Assembly (NCBI GenBank): GCA_028023455.1
Contig: JAQFVV010000005.1
Location: 11,780,001-11,844,000 of the forward strand
Direction: 5' to 3'
From: Epiperipatus broadwayi
Taxonomy: Eukaryota > Animalia > Onychophora
DNA: 64,000 nt
How positions within the stretch are numbered: position 1 is the first letter of the stretch; every line of letters begins with the position of its first letter. A program made the position numbers and the translations under genes. Positions 1 to 13,531 of the stretch are shown here, in pieces. The notes under the pieces were generated by a model. That model searched no databases. It saw nothing but the letters and a program-made list of their open reading frames with translations, and was not told the origin of the DNA.

Positions 1-330
1 AAAAACAAAACCTGCATCTATGAAATACCATGTGAATGTGGGAAAATGTATATTGATGGGACTACTTGTCCCATTGAAAAGTGATTGCAAGAGCACAAAA
101 TGATAAATTAGAAGAAAACAGATGCATCTAAGATAGCTAACCATGTTAACATATGTTCAATTGGGATAATACAAAAATATTGAATAAAGGAAGAGGTAAA
201 AAGAAAAAAAAATTCAAAGAAACTGTTCGCATGATAATGGTGAATAGCACCATAAATCAACCTAATGTGATTGTACATAATATATGGAAACTTCTAATTA
301 ACTTTGCTCTTAGGAAAAAATGGAGAAATC
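1..330 (+). mobile_element. Penelope-like element, GIY-YIG endonuclease C-terminal remnant
   Basis: Frame 1 reads CIYEIPCECGKMYIDGTTCPIEK*LQEHK, then SKIANH and FNWDNTKILNK..KKKFKETV..INQPNVIVHNIWKLL. This matches the PLE GIY-YIG pattern (YxIPCxCGxxYIGxT..RLxEH..SxIAxH..FxWxxxKIL). It contains stops and frameshifts and is cut by the window edge. Confidence 0.8.
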
Positions 331-381
331 AGGAGGAATCTAATAGATAAGTATATAAAATTTCTATTGACTGTTGCCTTT

Positions 382-620
382 GGTAGAATGGCTCAGTTGA
401 TTAGAGCATTATCTTAAAATTCAATATTCAAGAATCTAAGGGTCCAATTTTGATTCCTGTACTAGTACAGTCACTGGTCTCAAAATGTTGTGCATATACT
501 AACCTGTGTGCTATTATTAACAGTTGAATGTACTTTGAAAATTTAAATAAAGTTAAATTTTTCTAAAGACATTCAATACTCAATACCAGATAATAAAAAT
601 AGTCCAACATATAAATACAA
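382..620 (+). mobile_element. tRNA-derived SINE-like element, family E copy
   Basis: A-box-like TGGCTCAGTTGATTAGAGC and degenerate B box (TTTGATTCC), then a tail (TATTAACAGTTGAATGTA..TTTTCTAAAGACATTCAA..AGTCCAACAT) also seen at 21.6 kb, 54.6 kb and 58.2 kb. Confidence 0.6.
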
Positions 621-1523
621 CTAAATCAATGTTTTGAGCATCTATTATGAAAGCAGCCTTTTTGACATTAAGCAATATGAATATTGCATAAAATTTAATC
701 ATGATTAAAATCATCTAAGATCTGTACAGTTAAAAAGATAAAATATTTTTTTAATAATTAGTCCACTAGAGAGCACAGATTTCTTCAACAGATCCTTGTA
801 GAGAAACTTTAAAGGAGAAAACAATCCATGCCAAGCTTGCAAAATATCAGGTGCTAAATGTAGGAGCAGTTTTCTATCCTTGTTTTCCTCACTTTAAGAA
901 TATTTAGATATCTATTAACTGATCACTGTTGGAATTAGTTAATGACAAGCTTCATGTGAACAAATATCCTAAGCATCCGGAAAAGTAATTTGCTTTGTCT
1001 AGATTCAAATCTTGATTGTGGGCAACTTTTTAAAGATACAATCAATTTAAAAAATTCAACTTTTGTTTTTTTTTGAAAATCATTAATTCCAGAATATTTG
1101 ACAACACCCTCTCAAGCAACAGATAATTACATTTCATTAGACTATGAATCATTCTGATATTAATGACTTAATTATTTTTGATATAATTTTCCTTTTGCTT
1201 ATTTCAATCAGTTATATTGCATACCAATAAAAAAAAATGCAACAAAACGATGAGGAAATTTGTTTCTAATGAATGCAAATAGTAGATATGTAGTAAATGC
1301 GTGAACCTAAATTCTCTAGAGAAAATATAAAAAAAGATGTTTTAGTTTGTCTCTGCAATTACTAAATCTCATCAATGTATAAAAAGGAATTTGTCATTTA
1401 CTTTCAAATAACTTTATCTACGATTTATTGATTTCAGGTAAAATTTGTAAACTCCAAAGTACACAGTGTATCCTATTCAAAAGAAGGATGACTTTTCTCT
1501 GAACTGCCTGCAGCCCTATCCAT

Positions 1524-1862
1524 ACATGTTATATAGTGACATAGTTTGGCAATTTACCACAAAATTTTTAAGGTGCTAGTATATATCGTAAGATATGACA
1601 TGAAATGTGGCAGAATGTTTCATACCTTTGTAGATTAAATTCCCTGCCATCATGAAATTTCGTAAACTACTTGAAAATATTCTTGAAACTTATGGCTTCA
1701 CTGTCATATAAAGTTTGAATCATTTAAAATGTTTCAGTAGAAGTTTCAATTCCATTGTAAGTTAAAAAACACATCACTTTTATATTGTAATTCATAATTT
1801 GATATGTTAGCACCTTAAAATTTTTGTAGTGAATATCTAAATTATGTTGCTATGCAATATGT
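1524..1862. mobile_element. MITE-like element with ~65-bp imperfect terminal inverted repeats
   Basis: ACATGTTATATAGTGACATAG..CCACAAAATTTTTAAGGTGCTAGTATA at the left end is mirrored by GATATGTTAGCACCTTAAAATTTTTGTAGTG..ATGTTGCTATGCAATATGT at the right. No ORF. Confidence 0.55.
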
Positions 1863-1989
1863 GATGATTGAGAGACAGTGCTACAGGAAGTTTGAAAAGA
1901 GAACTAGTCACCAGTCCTCTTGTATATAACTACCGTTTCTTATTGCATTGCCAAATGTATACCACTTCAACTACTAAGGTAGTTGAAGT

Positions 1990-2090
1990 TATGAGATATA
2001 AAGTTCTGAAGAAGATTGCTGGGGCAACCGAAACTGTAAAAAAGGGTGGTAAATAAAGCATTGTGTAACAGTAATAAAGTGCACGGATGA
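1990..2090 (+). mobile_element. Diverged family C terminus with hammerhead-like core (2006-2038)
   Basis: CTGAAGAAGATTGCTGGGGCAACCGAAACTGTA is homologous to the cores at 11300-11332 and 12099-12131, and the downstream GGGTGGTAAATAAAGCATTGT matches that terminus. Confidence 0.65.
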
Positions 2091-2945
2091 TTTAGTATTA
2101 TATGGCATCAATGTATATATATGTTGTACTAGATAACCTACTGATAGATCTTCTTGAATTCTTTCTCCTGATATTCTCTTCTAAATTTTTTTTGGTTTAT
2201 CCTCTCTGCAACTCCTAATGAGCATTGGTTAACTTATCTATGTTATGGAAAGGGGCATATAGTGGAACTTCTTTAGCAATTAAACATAAGTTAAAATTTA
2301 TTTTGTGGATAAATCTCATTTGTTATTTTTAAAATAAAAATCAAGTCAACAAAAAAAAGTGCTTCAATTTAAATTATGTTTACCAGTATTTTCCATGTGT
2401 AATTTTCTTGGAGGAATTATTATTTCCATTTTATTTTTTTGAAGATAGTTTCTAGTGAATTTGGAAAAAAATTTATCATAAAAATGGCAGTTTATCCATA
2501 TTATTTAAAAAAAATTTTTTTTCCTTCTAAAAACACAAAATTTTATTCACACAACCTTATTATACACATTTTAGTTCTAACTATCAATAAGAAAAAAAAG
2601 TAATAATAACTATCATTATTAGGTGACTTACAAAATCCAGATACTAACTTCGTTATGTCTTTAGGCATCTAATACCAATATGCTAAAAATTGTTAAACAA
2701 TTTTTGATTTAAAAAATATATATAAGCATAAACATCAAAACAATTATAGTAAATTGTTGTCACAAAGATGACATTTATTAAAAAGATGACATTTATATTA
2801 TAAATGTCAGTTTATATTTCTAGTGAATAATACCCAAAATTTCACTCATTAATTAATTCTTCTGTTAATCGTGTGTCCCTAATTGCACAGAAAAATTTAT
2901 GAATTTTAAATGACCAATTTCAATAATAAATTAAAATATTTCAAG

Positions 2946-3890
2946 TTATAAAAATTGTATGAAAAATTGTATAGTGTAATAATCAGTGAAGTGATCAGAT
3001 TCATGTGTTTCCACATTATATTTTTCTCTATCTTTATAATCACATAAAGGACACTTGAACACTTCAGCAATGTGTGCACATTTTTCTTCATTTTGATTAA
3101 ACTTCTGAGAATCTTTCATATGAGTATATTGTTTATGCTTAATTAACGTACTTTGAGAAGCTGCTTTGTAATCACAAAAGTTACAATCAAAAGGCTTTTC
3201 TCCTGTATGTAGTCTTTCATGGCATTTTAACCTATCTTTAGCAACAGTTCTATAATTACAAAAGGTACAGTGAAATGGTTTTTCTCCTGTATGTATTTTC
3301 AAGTGTGTTTTTAATGTACTATTTACAGCTGTCCTGAAATCACATAAATTGCAATGGAAAGGTTTATTTCCAGTATGTCTTCTACTGTGTAGCGTTAAAT
3401 AATATTTATATGCAGTTTTATAATCACACAAGTTGCATTGGAAAGGCTTTTCTCCAGTATGTTTTCTTCCATGTATTTTTAAAAAAGGTTTTTGTGAAGT
3501 CTTAAAATTACATAACTCACAATGAAAAAGCTTTTCTCCTGTATGTGTTCTTTCGTGCCGTTTTAAGTTTTCTTTGACAAAGGTTCTGTAATCACAATAA
3601 GTACATCGAAATGGTTTTTCACCAGTATGTACTTTCCCATGCATTTCCAAACGGGATTTATCAGCAGCTTTATAATCACACACAGTACAGTGGAATGGTT
3701 TCTCACCTGTGTGTATTCTTTCATGTACCTTTAAGTTACTTTTCTTAGCAGTCTTATAATCACATAATCTACAATGAAAAGGTTTTTCTTCTATATAAAC
3801 TGTATGTATTTTTAAAGTATTTTTCTCAACAGAATCATACTCACATGAATTAAAGTGGAATTGTTTTTTTTCCAGTATATGTTCTTTCAT
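2946..3890 (-). CDS. C2H2 zinc-finger protein, 9 fingers, 314 aa (paralog 1)
   Basis: Intact ORF with repeated FxCxxCDYKT...LxxHxRxHTGEKP fingers. Shares the N-terminal MKE and the C-terminal EVFKCxLCDYKDxEKYxVExHExxHFTDxYT with 45048-46301. Upstream exons cannot be excluded. Confidence 0.9.
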   Translation of the reverse strand: MKEHILEKKQFHFNSCEYDSVEKNTLKIHTVYIEEKPFHCRLCDYKTAKKSNLKVHERIHTGEKPFHCTVCDYKAADKSRLEMHGKVHTGEKPFRCTYCDYRTFVKENLKRHERTHTGEKLFHCELCNFKTSQKPFLKIHGRKHTGEKPFQCNLCDYKTAYKYYLTLHSRRHTGNKPFHCNLCDFRTAVNSTLKTHLKIHTGEKPFHCTFCNYRTVAKDRLKCHERLHTGEKPFDCNFCDYKAASQSTLIKHKQYTHMKDSQKFNQNEEKCAHIAEVFKCPLCDYKDREKYNVETHESDHFTDYYTIQFFIQFL

Positions 3891-4400
3891 GTTTTATTAA
3901 AATATTTTTTTGTGTAGTCAATTAATTACATAAATTATAATGGAAACATTTTTGATTTATGCAAGTTCTTTATGTTTTGTAAATTCATTTTTACAGCAAT
4001 GTTATAATCACAAATACAGCAATTAAAACATTCTTTTGCAAAAGAATTTTGAACTTTTAGCGATATAGTAACTTTATAACAAAACAATTTTTTTGTATGA
4101 TTTATTTTATATACCTTCAATTCATTTATTTGTACATCACTGAAATTATAAAACCCTATACTCAAGCAATATTTTTTCTTTGCAGATAATTTTAGTTCTT
4201 ATTAAACACATGTAAATGTAGATTATACATTCACACTATAATGTCTTCTTGTTTGTAAACTGATATATAATTTTATAGCACTTTGTCTTTCATAAAACTT
4301 ATAATGAAACATTTCTTTTTTGACTCTACATAAAATCACATATAAATCCTTAATGCAGTTGCTATAGCACTAAACACTTTTATTTAAATAGAAGGTTAAT
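3891..4400 (-). pseudogene. Decayed zinc-finger-like sequence upstream of paralog 1
   Basis: Broken finger-like pieces such as KECFNCCICDYNIAVKMNL, interrupted by stops and frameshifts. Confidence 0.4.
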
Positions 4401-6567
4401 TTGAAGATTATTAAATTTATAGAAGTATTAAAAAATTATTATCAAAGCCAAATGTAATAAAAGATTAATAGTGTAACAGATGTATAAGAGAAAGACAAAA
4501 CACCAGAATAACATCAAGTTTTGCTGTTTTTCTCAACAATAATAGTATAATCTTTAAAAAAATTAATTAGCATTCAAAAAGACAATGAATAAACAGAAAT
4601 TATTTGGAAAAATTCATTTGGCTTGATTTGCATTTTAAGGGATTAATGATAATGATGTTTTATAATGGGCCTATAATCTTAATAATTTCTATGAGAAAAC
4701 ATTTTTTTATTGTTTGACTTATTCACTTTCTGAACAGAAGTGAAACAAATTTTCAATTTTTGCATTTAATAATTTAATTTTTTACTTTTTTAATGAGACA
4801 AGTGTTAATATTAAAAATGGCTTGCATCTTCATGATGTTTATAAAAGGCTCATTAGATTTATAAATGAAGTTCTAATAATTGAAATGCTACAATGATAAT
4901 AATAATGAGATGACTAGCAATGGAAACTCCCACCCCAAAACTTAATATATAACTACAAAATTTAACAATTATTTTTTCTTTAATTAACTATGGCTTCTCT
5001 TTATAAACAAATTGGTCTAATATATAATGGATGGCAGATACTAATACCATAGATGTCTATTTTGGATTATGTTGAATTTCATATCAAAATTTTAATAACA
5101 ATTACAGCTTAAAATGTTTCTAATATAAATAAGATGTAATGGATAATTGGACAGAGCTTGAAAGTATGTATCCAAAACCTCTCTAATTATATCTAAAGTT
5201 CAGTATATACATTATATTTGTATCCAAATATTATAAATAAATTAATAACTAAATATTATATTTATTTAAAAGCAAACCCACAAATATTATCTTTAAGATA
5301 AACTAATTTTTTATACAAACTTTTGTTGAAAAAAAAAATCTTATTTTAATGGGTTTAATGAAATAAATTTGTTAAAAATGTTTTATAACAGTTTCAAGTT
5401 CTTTCATCAATAAAATCTAATTTTTATCAATGTAATTAATATCATATTAAATCTTTTTTCTAATATTTTATGTTTTTTATAAAATTAATTTTTACACACA
5501 AGCTAATTTTATTCAATTCACCTAATATTTTAGATTTAATATTTTCAGATTCATATTTTTTATTTTAAAATGAAGTATTATGGTTTATCAATAATTTTTA
5601 ATAGCATTATTTTTTAATATTTATCTAAAGGGATATTTTTCATTATTGTTAGATTATAGAAACAATGAAGTCTCTGCTTCAGAATATCCCTCTTCTTTTA
5701 TCCAAGAATTTGAAATTATCAAAACTAATTATGATTATTGTTGCAATACCAATGATTTCACTGACTGTTTGAACAGATCATGTAATAATTTAGTGTATGG
5801 GAGAGTTGTGGATTCAAGAATTATAATTCCTAGATGACTTCTCAACTAAGTAATATAAAATATCTCAGTTTGATCAAATGAAGAGAATACTCAAATGTCA
5901 TAGGACTTTCTTAGCAACTTCAGTCACTGTGACATAAAGTGTTGAATTCAGAAATTAATAATTCCTGGATAGAAACTCAATCTAATACTTGAATGTAGCA
6001 CAATCACTGTTGATGAAAATCTCTTTATTTTTTAATTACACTTCTTATTTGCAATGGATAAACAATTATTTGTCAGATTTTAGGAGAAGGATAAAATTAT
6101 TAGCAATTAACTTGATACTGGTCTTACTTTCTACAGGACAATGATGAAATGCACTTATAACATGGTTAATCATACAAATCTTCTGTCATGAAACATAAAA
6201 TGATCACAAAACACAAAATGTTTTAGAATTGGAGTTTTCAGTTGTAAATTAATGCCAACCTAAATAATAAAAAAATGTCAATTAATGATTATCTCTAATA
6301 ACTATACATACATATAATATATATTTTATATACACTATAGCTATTTTCTCCAGCCACACCCCCTCTTTAAAATAAAGTTTGAATATATATATATATCTTA
6401 AGCAAAATTCTTAAAAATTCCTTAGACACTTACAATCATTTAACATAAAATATAGTCAATCATAAATAAGCACAACTAAAAATGATTACTTATATTTATA
6501 TATTTTAAATAAAGATTTTAAAAAGTTTCTCTCACACATGTTGACTTCAGCAACAATATATTATTTT

Positions 6568-7110
6568 AAGCCAATAAACATCACGACTACCTCTTCTTAT
6601 GCTTATGTATAACTGTTGTTAAAACAGGCAAAACTCACTATATATATTGCCACACACAGCAAGCTAGAATAATCAATGGATGCCAGAAGGTTTGTGCATA
6701 AAATCTCCATCTAGTGCCTACTCATCCAATATCCCCAGACTAGTTTCTGGCTTATGGCCTTAGTCAGTGAGGAGCCCTGGATGTGAGAGCACTGCATCTA
6801 GATCTTAGGATCTAATGCAACCCTCCAGCAACCACCTTTTATCTCCATTTAACTACAAAACTATGAGTCTTAAATTGAAAACACCTTAATGTTTTCAATG
6901 CAAGCCCATTAGCTTATATAGTCATATGAGTCTGAACTCAGTTCAGTACCCATACATTTTGGTGTTTCTGGTTCTTTAACAACCATAGCCACCACTATCC
7001 TATTAGGCAGGATTGGTTCTAAGCCAATAATCATCACATGACTACCTCTTCTTATGCTTGTGTATAACTGTTGTTAAAACAGGCAAAACTCATTATATAT
7101 ATTGCCACAT
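6568..7110 (-). mobile_element. Family B hammerhead retroelement copy 1 (one ~455-bp unit plus ~75 bp of the next)
   Basis: A ~75-bp direct repeat at 6579 and 7032 gives the period. The hammerhead at 6732-6773 (minus strand) has a mutated core, CUGACUA. No clear TSD. Confidence 0.8.
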
Positions 7111-9769
7111 AGAGCAAAATCATAAAGTTTTTCCATTTAACAGATAGGTAAAAAGTGCTTCCATTAAAATATTCTACGTTATATTTGGAAATTTCAGAAA
7201 TGGTTTGAACATGATCTAGATTCAATAAAAAGCAATAAAACCCAAGAACATTTTTATCTAAACTTGTTGAGTAATTAAAAAATGCAATAAGTTTTTCAAA
7301 AAGAATTCTGTGTGGATTATGGATAATAATTATGCATTTAATTATGACAATTATGTAGAAACAATGGATATCTTTAGGGGGGAAATGTAAAAAAGATAGA
7401 TTTTCATATATAAAAAACATAATTACAACAAGAAAAAAAACTAGTTTTGTGTTGGTTATTGGCAAAAGTTGACAAAGCCTCATATTGTTATTTTTTAATT
7501 TAACACAAGTATGATAGAAAGATTAGAAGAAAGAATATCAGAAGAAAAAATTCAGGATTCAAGACACAAATACAAATAAGTTTTGTTATGTTCTTTCCAA
7601 AAAAAAAAAAATGAAAACAAAGATAAAACAGTAAATAAATGTTAGATGTAATGATCTAAAGATAACCTTAACTAGTTATCAAAAAGAGATAAATATCAAC
7701 AAATGTTTGCCAGATTGCAAGAATTTCAAATAAAGATTTCCAATGTTAAAGTTTATTTCTGTGTTTATTATGAAAAAGTAAAAAAACTGCCTGAAGGCAG
7801 GAATACTACAGTTAAGAAATATTTGATTATCAATGTGGTAACCTGCTATCTCACAATTTAATTTTAGTACCTCAAATCTTGAGCAAATATAAAGATTATA
7901 AGTTAAATATTTAATTTTCAGTCTACTTTTAACTCTTTGTTTTCTGAAATAATAGCTGCCCAACAAGTCACTTCAAAATCTTTAAATGTAAACAAAAGTA
8001 ACAATCAAATAAACAATAATAAGCTAGATGTAAGTAATCGATTTAAAACACATATTCCATTCACACTATAAAATTTATTTAATAATAATACATACACAGT
8101 GTATTTCAAAATAAAGACTACAATATAAAATGCCATTAATATAAAAACAGCCATAAATTATTACAAAATTTATGTGACTTAATAGTAAAATGAGAAGATT
8201 AAAGAGCTCAACCATTCATTTAAGGATTTCAAACATGAAATATATCCTAAATATTTAAAAATCACATTCCTACAAATGCATTTTCCATAAAGCTTTAATT
8301 TCTTATAATAATTTTGATTACCTAGTAGATTTTTTTCAGATTAAAAAAAATTATATTCCATAATACAATAAAAGCAAATAATCATTTTTAGATATAAAGA
8401 AGATCTCTAAATAATCAAAACTGTCATAAAAATACATTGTGAAAAGTGCATTAAGAGAATTGTGGCTTAATAAAATGCAATACAAATGTAAGAGGCTTTA
8501 AATATCAAATTACTTTCTAAGTAACTACAAACTATTCAATCATTATCACAGCGTATGGTTTAATACAGTGGCGGAATGAACACTCGCATGAACTAAAGGT
8601 TCCTGGAACTATAAGTTCCTGGATTAATGCTCAATCTGCCATTTCTGGTACTTGAACATCACATATCCTCCTGAGTAACTAATACACAATTATAGTGACA
8701 TTTTCTGCTTGTTCAGTGTAGCACAATAGGAATGATGTATTCCAGACCTAAAGAACCCTCATTCATCAAAATCTGAGGCACAAACAGAAATCTTTCTCAT
8801 GCTTAATTTTTCAGTTATAATTAGCTTTTCTCGAACTATAATTTTTCGATTATCAACCTGCATTTAATCATCTAACAGACCCTATCACATCTGCATTCTA
8901 TTAATATTAATTACTGTTGTATCCATTTCTAAGATCATGTCTTGCCATTTAAGCACAATTATCTTTTTCATAACATCATATATTTTAATAGGGCTTGCTA
9001 AAAGTTTTGCTCACTCATTTTTAGCAAAGTGCACATAGGCTTTATTACTACTCCAATAGCTAGCTAATAAGTGGCTCTATCAACTTGGGATTTATGCAAA
9101 CATGTTCAAACATAAATACTAACTTGATTTTGATACAATTACATCAGGGGTAATCCTAAGCGGAAATTGTCTTATCTTATGTATAACAAAATTTCAGTTT
9201 TAACAGCTTCAACAATTTATCATATTTTTTTGAGGAATAGCTGAGTTTTCTGCATCAACAATAGGTCTTGTGTCATTGATCATTTCCCTGCACTAATTGT
9301 GACAATGGTAGTGTGTGCTTGTGCAACCATACTTCCTTCCATTCTTTAATTACATGTAGTAGCAATTTTGACTCTTAATTTCCATTTTTTAGTACAACTT
9401 CAAGAATTACAAAAAGCAGCATGTTAAAGACAAGTTTAGATGACCAGTAATCCTTAGATGTGATCTATATACAAGAGGCTGCAATCACTAAGCTGGAATC
9501 TGGATTTGAGACAGAAATTTTTGCATGAAAGATTGTATGTTTAATCAGCCCTATTTTGGAATTACCCTGCTTACTGTGGAAGTGGAAAAACTTAAATATG
9601 GTCTATCTGGCAATCTAGCTAAGTTTTCATGCCTCATGGATGACTCATTAAAGTGATGAAAGTAATTGTAAAATCATTAATGTTAATGGGGTAAAGCAGC
9701 AGATGATGGTAGTATTAAAGAATATTATTTTAAAATCTAATTTTGTTCTAAATATGATACAATGGAATA

Positions 9770-12480
9770 AGTAAACTTGATGCAAATTTTTCAAGATTTG
9801 AATAGTGGACAATACATGCATATGATGATTTGTCAAAATTAATAAAGCTGCTTTTAAGGAAACTCATCTTCTGATGAAAGGAAGTTGAGCAGAATAGGTA
9901 GAAGTTGTTTTGGAAAGGCAGATCATGAAAGGAGAGTGCATAGTGTTGAATTTGCTATAAAGTTTAACCTAGTTTCTTTTATTCTTGGGTTTCCCTGATA
10001 TATCAAGAAAATGTTAATGACAATAACATAATATGTTACCTGAGGTCATTTTATTAGTTGTATATGCTCCAATGGTAGATTCAAAGAATTCAGAGAAAAA
10101 TTTTTTATTCTTGCTGGTTAGCGTTATTTCAAAAACATCATTAAAAAAAAATCAAATAATGCATGAGTTGGAACAGTAGATTTTGCCCAAGAGTTGCTGG
10201 AAATAGTATTGGTACTGAAAACTCAAATAATCTGTTGGAAATGACTATTACAAAAACACTGAACTGAAAAATAAAAAACCATGAATCCATTCTTGTTCAA
10301 AACAATGACATTTAATATATTAAATTGTAGTTTGGAGTCAATTTATAAGAGCTTGTGGATAATAAAATAGTGCATTCCAAGGTTGAAATGATAGTTTTAT
10401 TAAAAATTGATCATATTCCAATCATATTCATAAGAAATATGATATTCATTCTTTAGATGTATGTAATGTCTATTCTAAAGTTCACAAATTATTAAACACT
10501 AAAATTGCTAATTTGGACTTTCAGAATTATTATGTTGCTGAAAAATGGAATTCTCTTAAGAAATATGTTGTGGGATTAAGTAATCTATTTTTGTATTCAC
10601 TGAAAAAAAAAAGAACTTAATTAAAAAAGATTTTTTAATTGGCAGAATAATAAATTGAATGTGGAGTTTCACAACCAATGTAGAGATTTTAAAAAAAAGT
10701 TCAATAACTGAGACTTAAAAATGATTGCAGTCATTTCAAATCTTTTTTTTGGATGTATTGAAAATAATGTATGAATCTGAAAAATGAAATTAATCATAAT
10801 TCTGTTAAATCCATTGATGATATTCTCTTATAAAATAATATAATTTTGAACAGGTAGAGAAAATATTTCAATCTTATTTGGATAGAATTAAGATGATAAT
10901 TTTTAATGAATTTTTCATTCTATTTACATGGACAAAAATATTTAATTTAGTGAAGTTAAAATAATTGTTCTTTGTAAATTTAAAAATGAGAAGGCTAATC
11001 AATGCTGTTATATGTTGGCTTCAAAAATACTGAAATTTTTTAGAAATATATATACTCATGAAGTTATGCTGCCTGATCTTAAAGATGTTTTTATTGTGCC
11101 AATTTTTAGAAAGTAAAGGGGGATACAGATATATGATTACCAGAAACTAAGTGTGATTTAAAGAATCAACCAACAATATATTCATGAATTATTTAATCTT
11201 AATTTGTTCCTTTATTGCATTGCCTTAATTAATTAATTAATCCGTTTTTTATAAAATCTTTATTTTTTGTACAATGCTTACATAACACCCATCAACATCG
11301 ACAGTTTCGATTGCCCCTGCAATCTTCTTCAGAACTATAAAATATATACACATACACATAAATCACACAAACTATATATAAATTATATACAAATTATATA
11401 AACCTTATAAATTCCATACATATATATATTCACGGGGCCATTTGATAATGCCTGACACAATATATTCATAAAAATACACAAACATACCTATAACTTGTAT
11501 ATCCCCTCAAATACATGAATACTCATAAAATAAAATAAAATAAACCTTCTAACACCTTAATTTTAATCTTTTCCCTTTTCTTTTTTATTAAAATTCTTTA
11601 AATTTTTTTTATACATTTAATATATACATCTATTTATTTTTTATTCATTATTATTATTATTTTTTCATATATATTTTTTCATGCTATTATTTTATATCCT
11701 TCAAATATACTTATTCCTATTATTATTTTATTTATTATTTTATATTAATTTATCTTTATAACTTTATATTCTATCCCCATAATTTATAATAAAAAATATA
11801 TATGAAAAAAAAATAATAATAATGAATAAAAAGAAATAGATGTATATATTAAATGTATAAACAAAATTTAAAAAATTTTAATAAAAAAGAAAAGGGAAAA
11901 GATTAAAATTAAGGTGTTTGAAGGTTTATTTTATTTTATTTTGAGTATTCATGTATTTGAGGGGATATACAAGTTATAGGTATGTTTGTGTATTTTTATG
12001 AATATATATATGTATGGATTTTATAAGGTTTATATAATTTGTATATAATTTATATATAGTTTGTGTGCTTTATATTTATGTGTATATATTTTATAGTTCT
12101 GAAGAAGATTGCAGGGGCAATCGAAACTGTCGATGTTGATGGGTGTTATGTAAGCATTGTACAAAAAATAAAGATTTTATAAAAAACGGATTAATTAATA
12201 TATTCATGACTTTTGATGCCAAGAAAATTGCAAGAAAAATGTCAAAAAAAAAAAAAAGGAGTGATCTACATATTGCATTTATTAATTTGGTGAAGATACT
12301 GGACTCTACTAATCAAACAAGTCTTTGACATTATTTGTCGATTAAAGTTTAAACAAGGATAGGCACTAGTTCCATTTTATTTTTGATTTTTATGATAGCA
12401 GTCTTTTGAATTGTTTAATAGTTGACTTCATCAAAAGGGCATCAAGATGTAATACAGATTTGATGATGAAATTTAAATTT
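9770..12480 (+). mobile_element. Degenerate RTE/BovB-like LINE (APE endonuclease plus RT), interrupted by the family C insertion
   Basis: Remnant peptides INKAAFKETHL, RRVHSVEFAIK and VVYAPMVDS (APE domain); VFIVPIF.K.KGD at ~11090; DLHIAFINL and KQG.ALVPFLF at 12260-12385 (RT). Many stops. Confidence 0.6.
11188..12196. mobile_element. Family C ~1-kb palindromic non-coding element with hammerhead-like cores in both arms
   Basis: Near-perfect inverted arms (~11225-11690 and ~11780-12196). A 13-bp TSD AATATATTCATGA lies at 11175-11187 and 12197-12209. Cores CTGAAGAAGATTGCAGGGGCAATCGAAACTGTC at 11300-11332 (-) and 12099-12131 (+). Confidence 0.8.
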
Positions 12481-13218
12481 GAAACAATTAAAAACAAAAC
12501 TTCATTTTCTTGGATTCCGGTGCCATTTTTGCCAGTTCAAAAAACATTGGTTAAATAATTAATATTCAAAAAAATCAAATTTTTATCAATGATGGAATAA
12601 AAATCTTTAGCAGCTATTAGTTTGAACTGTTATCAATCTAAGTGAATCAATTTAAATAATCTATCTTTTCAAGTAAAAAAAGCGGACTTTGATATTGAGA
12701 TTTGAATATGCTGCTGTTTTCAGCTAGTTAAAAGATATTTCATTAGTGATAAAATTACTCCAACTAAATTAGTTATATATAGTTATTTTACTTTTTTATA
12801 CATAAGTGGGATTTGGACTTTCCATTAAAGTAACTTAAAGATATTAGAAAATTTTCATTTAGTTAAGGATGCTCTATAAAATTCTAAAAATAGGAAGATC
12901 ATAAAAAATTAATAATTTTTTCAGAAATCAGGTTTTCACTGGATTGGATATGTAAAATGAAACAATGATAAGATTTCTTACAAAACTATTTTGTGGTAAA
13001 CTTGAATACAATTTTCATAGGAGAAACAGATTCCATTTATATTACAAAAATATCTGACTGCAAAACTACTTGCTTTCATTAGGAACATATGGTTGATAGA
13101 ATATAGTGCAGAGCTGCAATTAGACAAGGTATTTTGAGTCTTTCAAAAAAGAAAGTTTTCTACTGAAAACAATATTGGAAAATAGTGAAAAATATAATGA
13201 GTCAACATATTTATGGTT

Positions 13219-13531
13219 AAATCACTAAACATCACATGATCACCATCTCTTATGCTAGCACATAACTTGCTTTGATTGAAAATTTTATTGTGTTTTCAAT
13301 TTAATTCTCATAGTTTTGTAGTTAAGTAGAGATAAAAAGTGGCTGCTGGAGGGTTGCATTAGATTCTAAGATCTAGGTGCAGTGTTCTCAGATCCAAGGC
13401 TCCTCACTGATGAAGGCCACAAGCCAGAAACTAGTCTGGGGATATTGGATGAGTAGGCAGTAGATTGGGATTTTATGCACAAGCCTTCTGGCATCCATTA
13501 ATTATTCTGGTTGGCACAGGGTGGCACTACT
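13219..13531. mobile_element. Family B copy 2, internally inverted
   Basis: 12-bp TSD ATATTTATGGTT at 13207-13218 and 13532-13543. About 45 bp in one orientation, then ~270 bp inverted. Confidence 0.85.
13401..13442 (+). ncRNA. Type I hammerhead ribozyme (family B), intact core
   Basis: Helix I UCCUCA/UGGGGA, core CUGAUGA, A-[GGC CACAA GCC]-A, GAAA, palindromic helix III ACUAGU, GUC cleavage after 13436. Helix I extends through a GGC/UA internal loop into AUCCAA/UUGGAU. Confidence 0.85.

Noticed and set aside
6930-7035. HDV-like ribozyme defining the family B 3' end
   Set aside because: Only one small hairpin (ATCCT/AGGAT) was found; the nested double pseudoknot could not be built by eye.
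7052-7483. 143-aa hydrophobic ORF
   Set aside because: TTG start, AT-rich composition, runs into the family B repeat, and has no motif.
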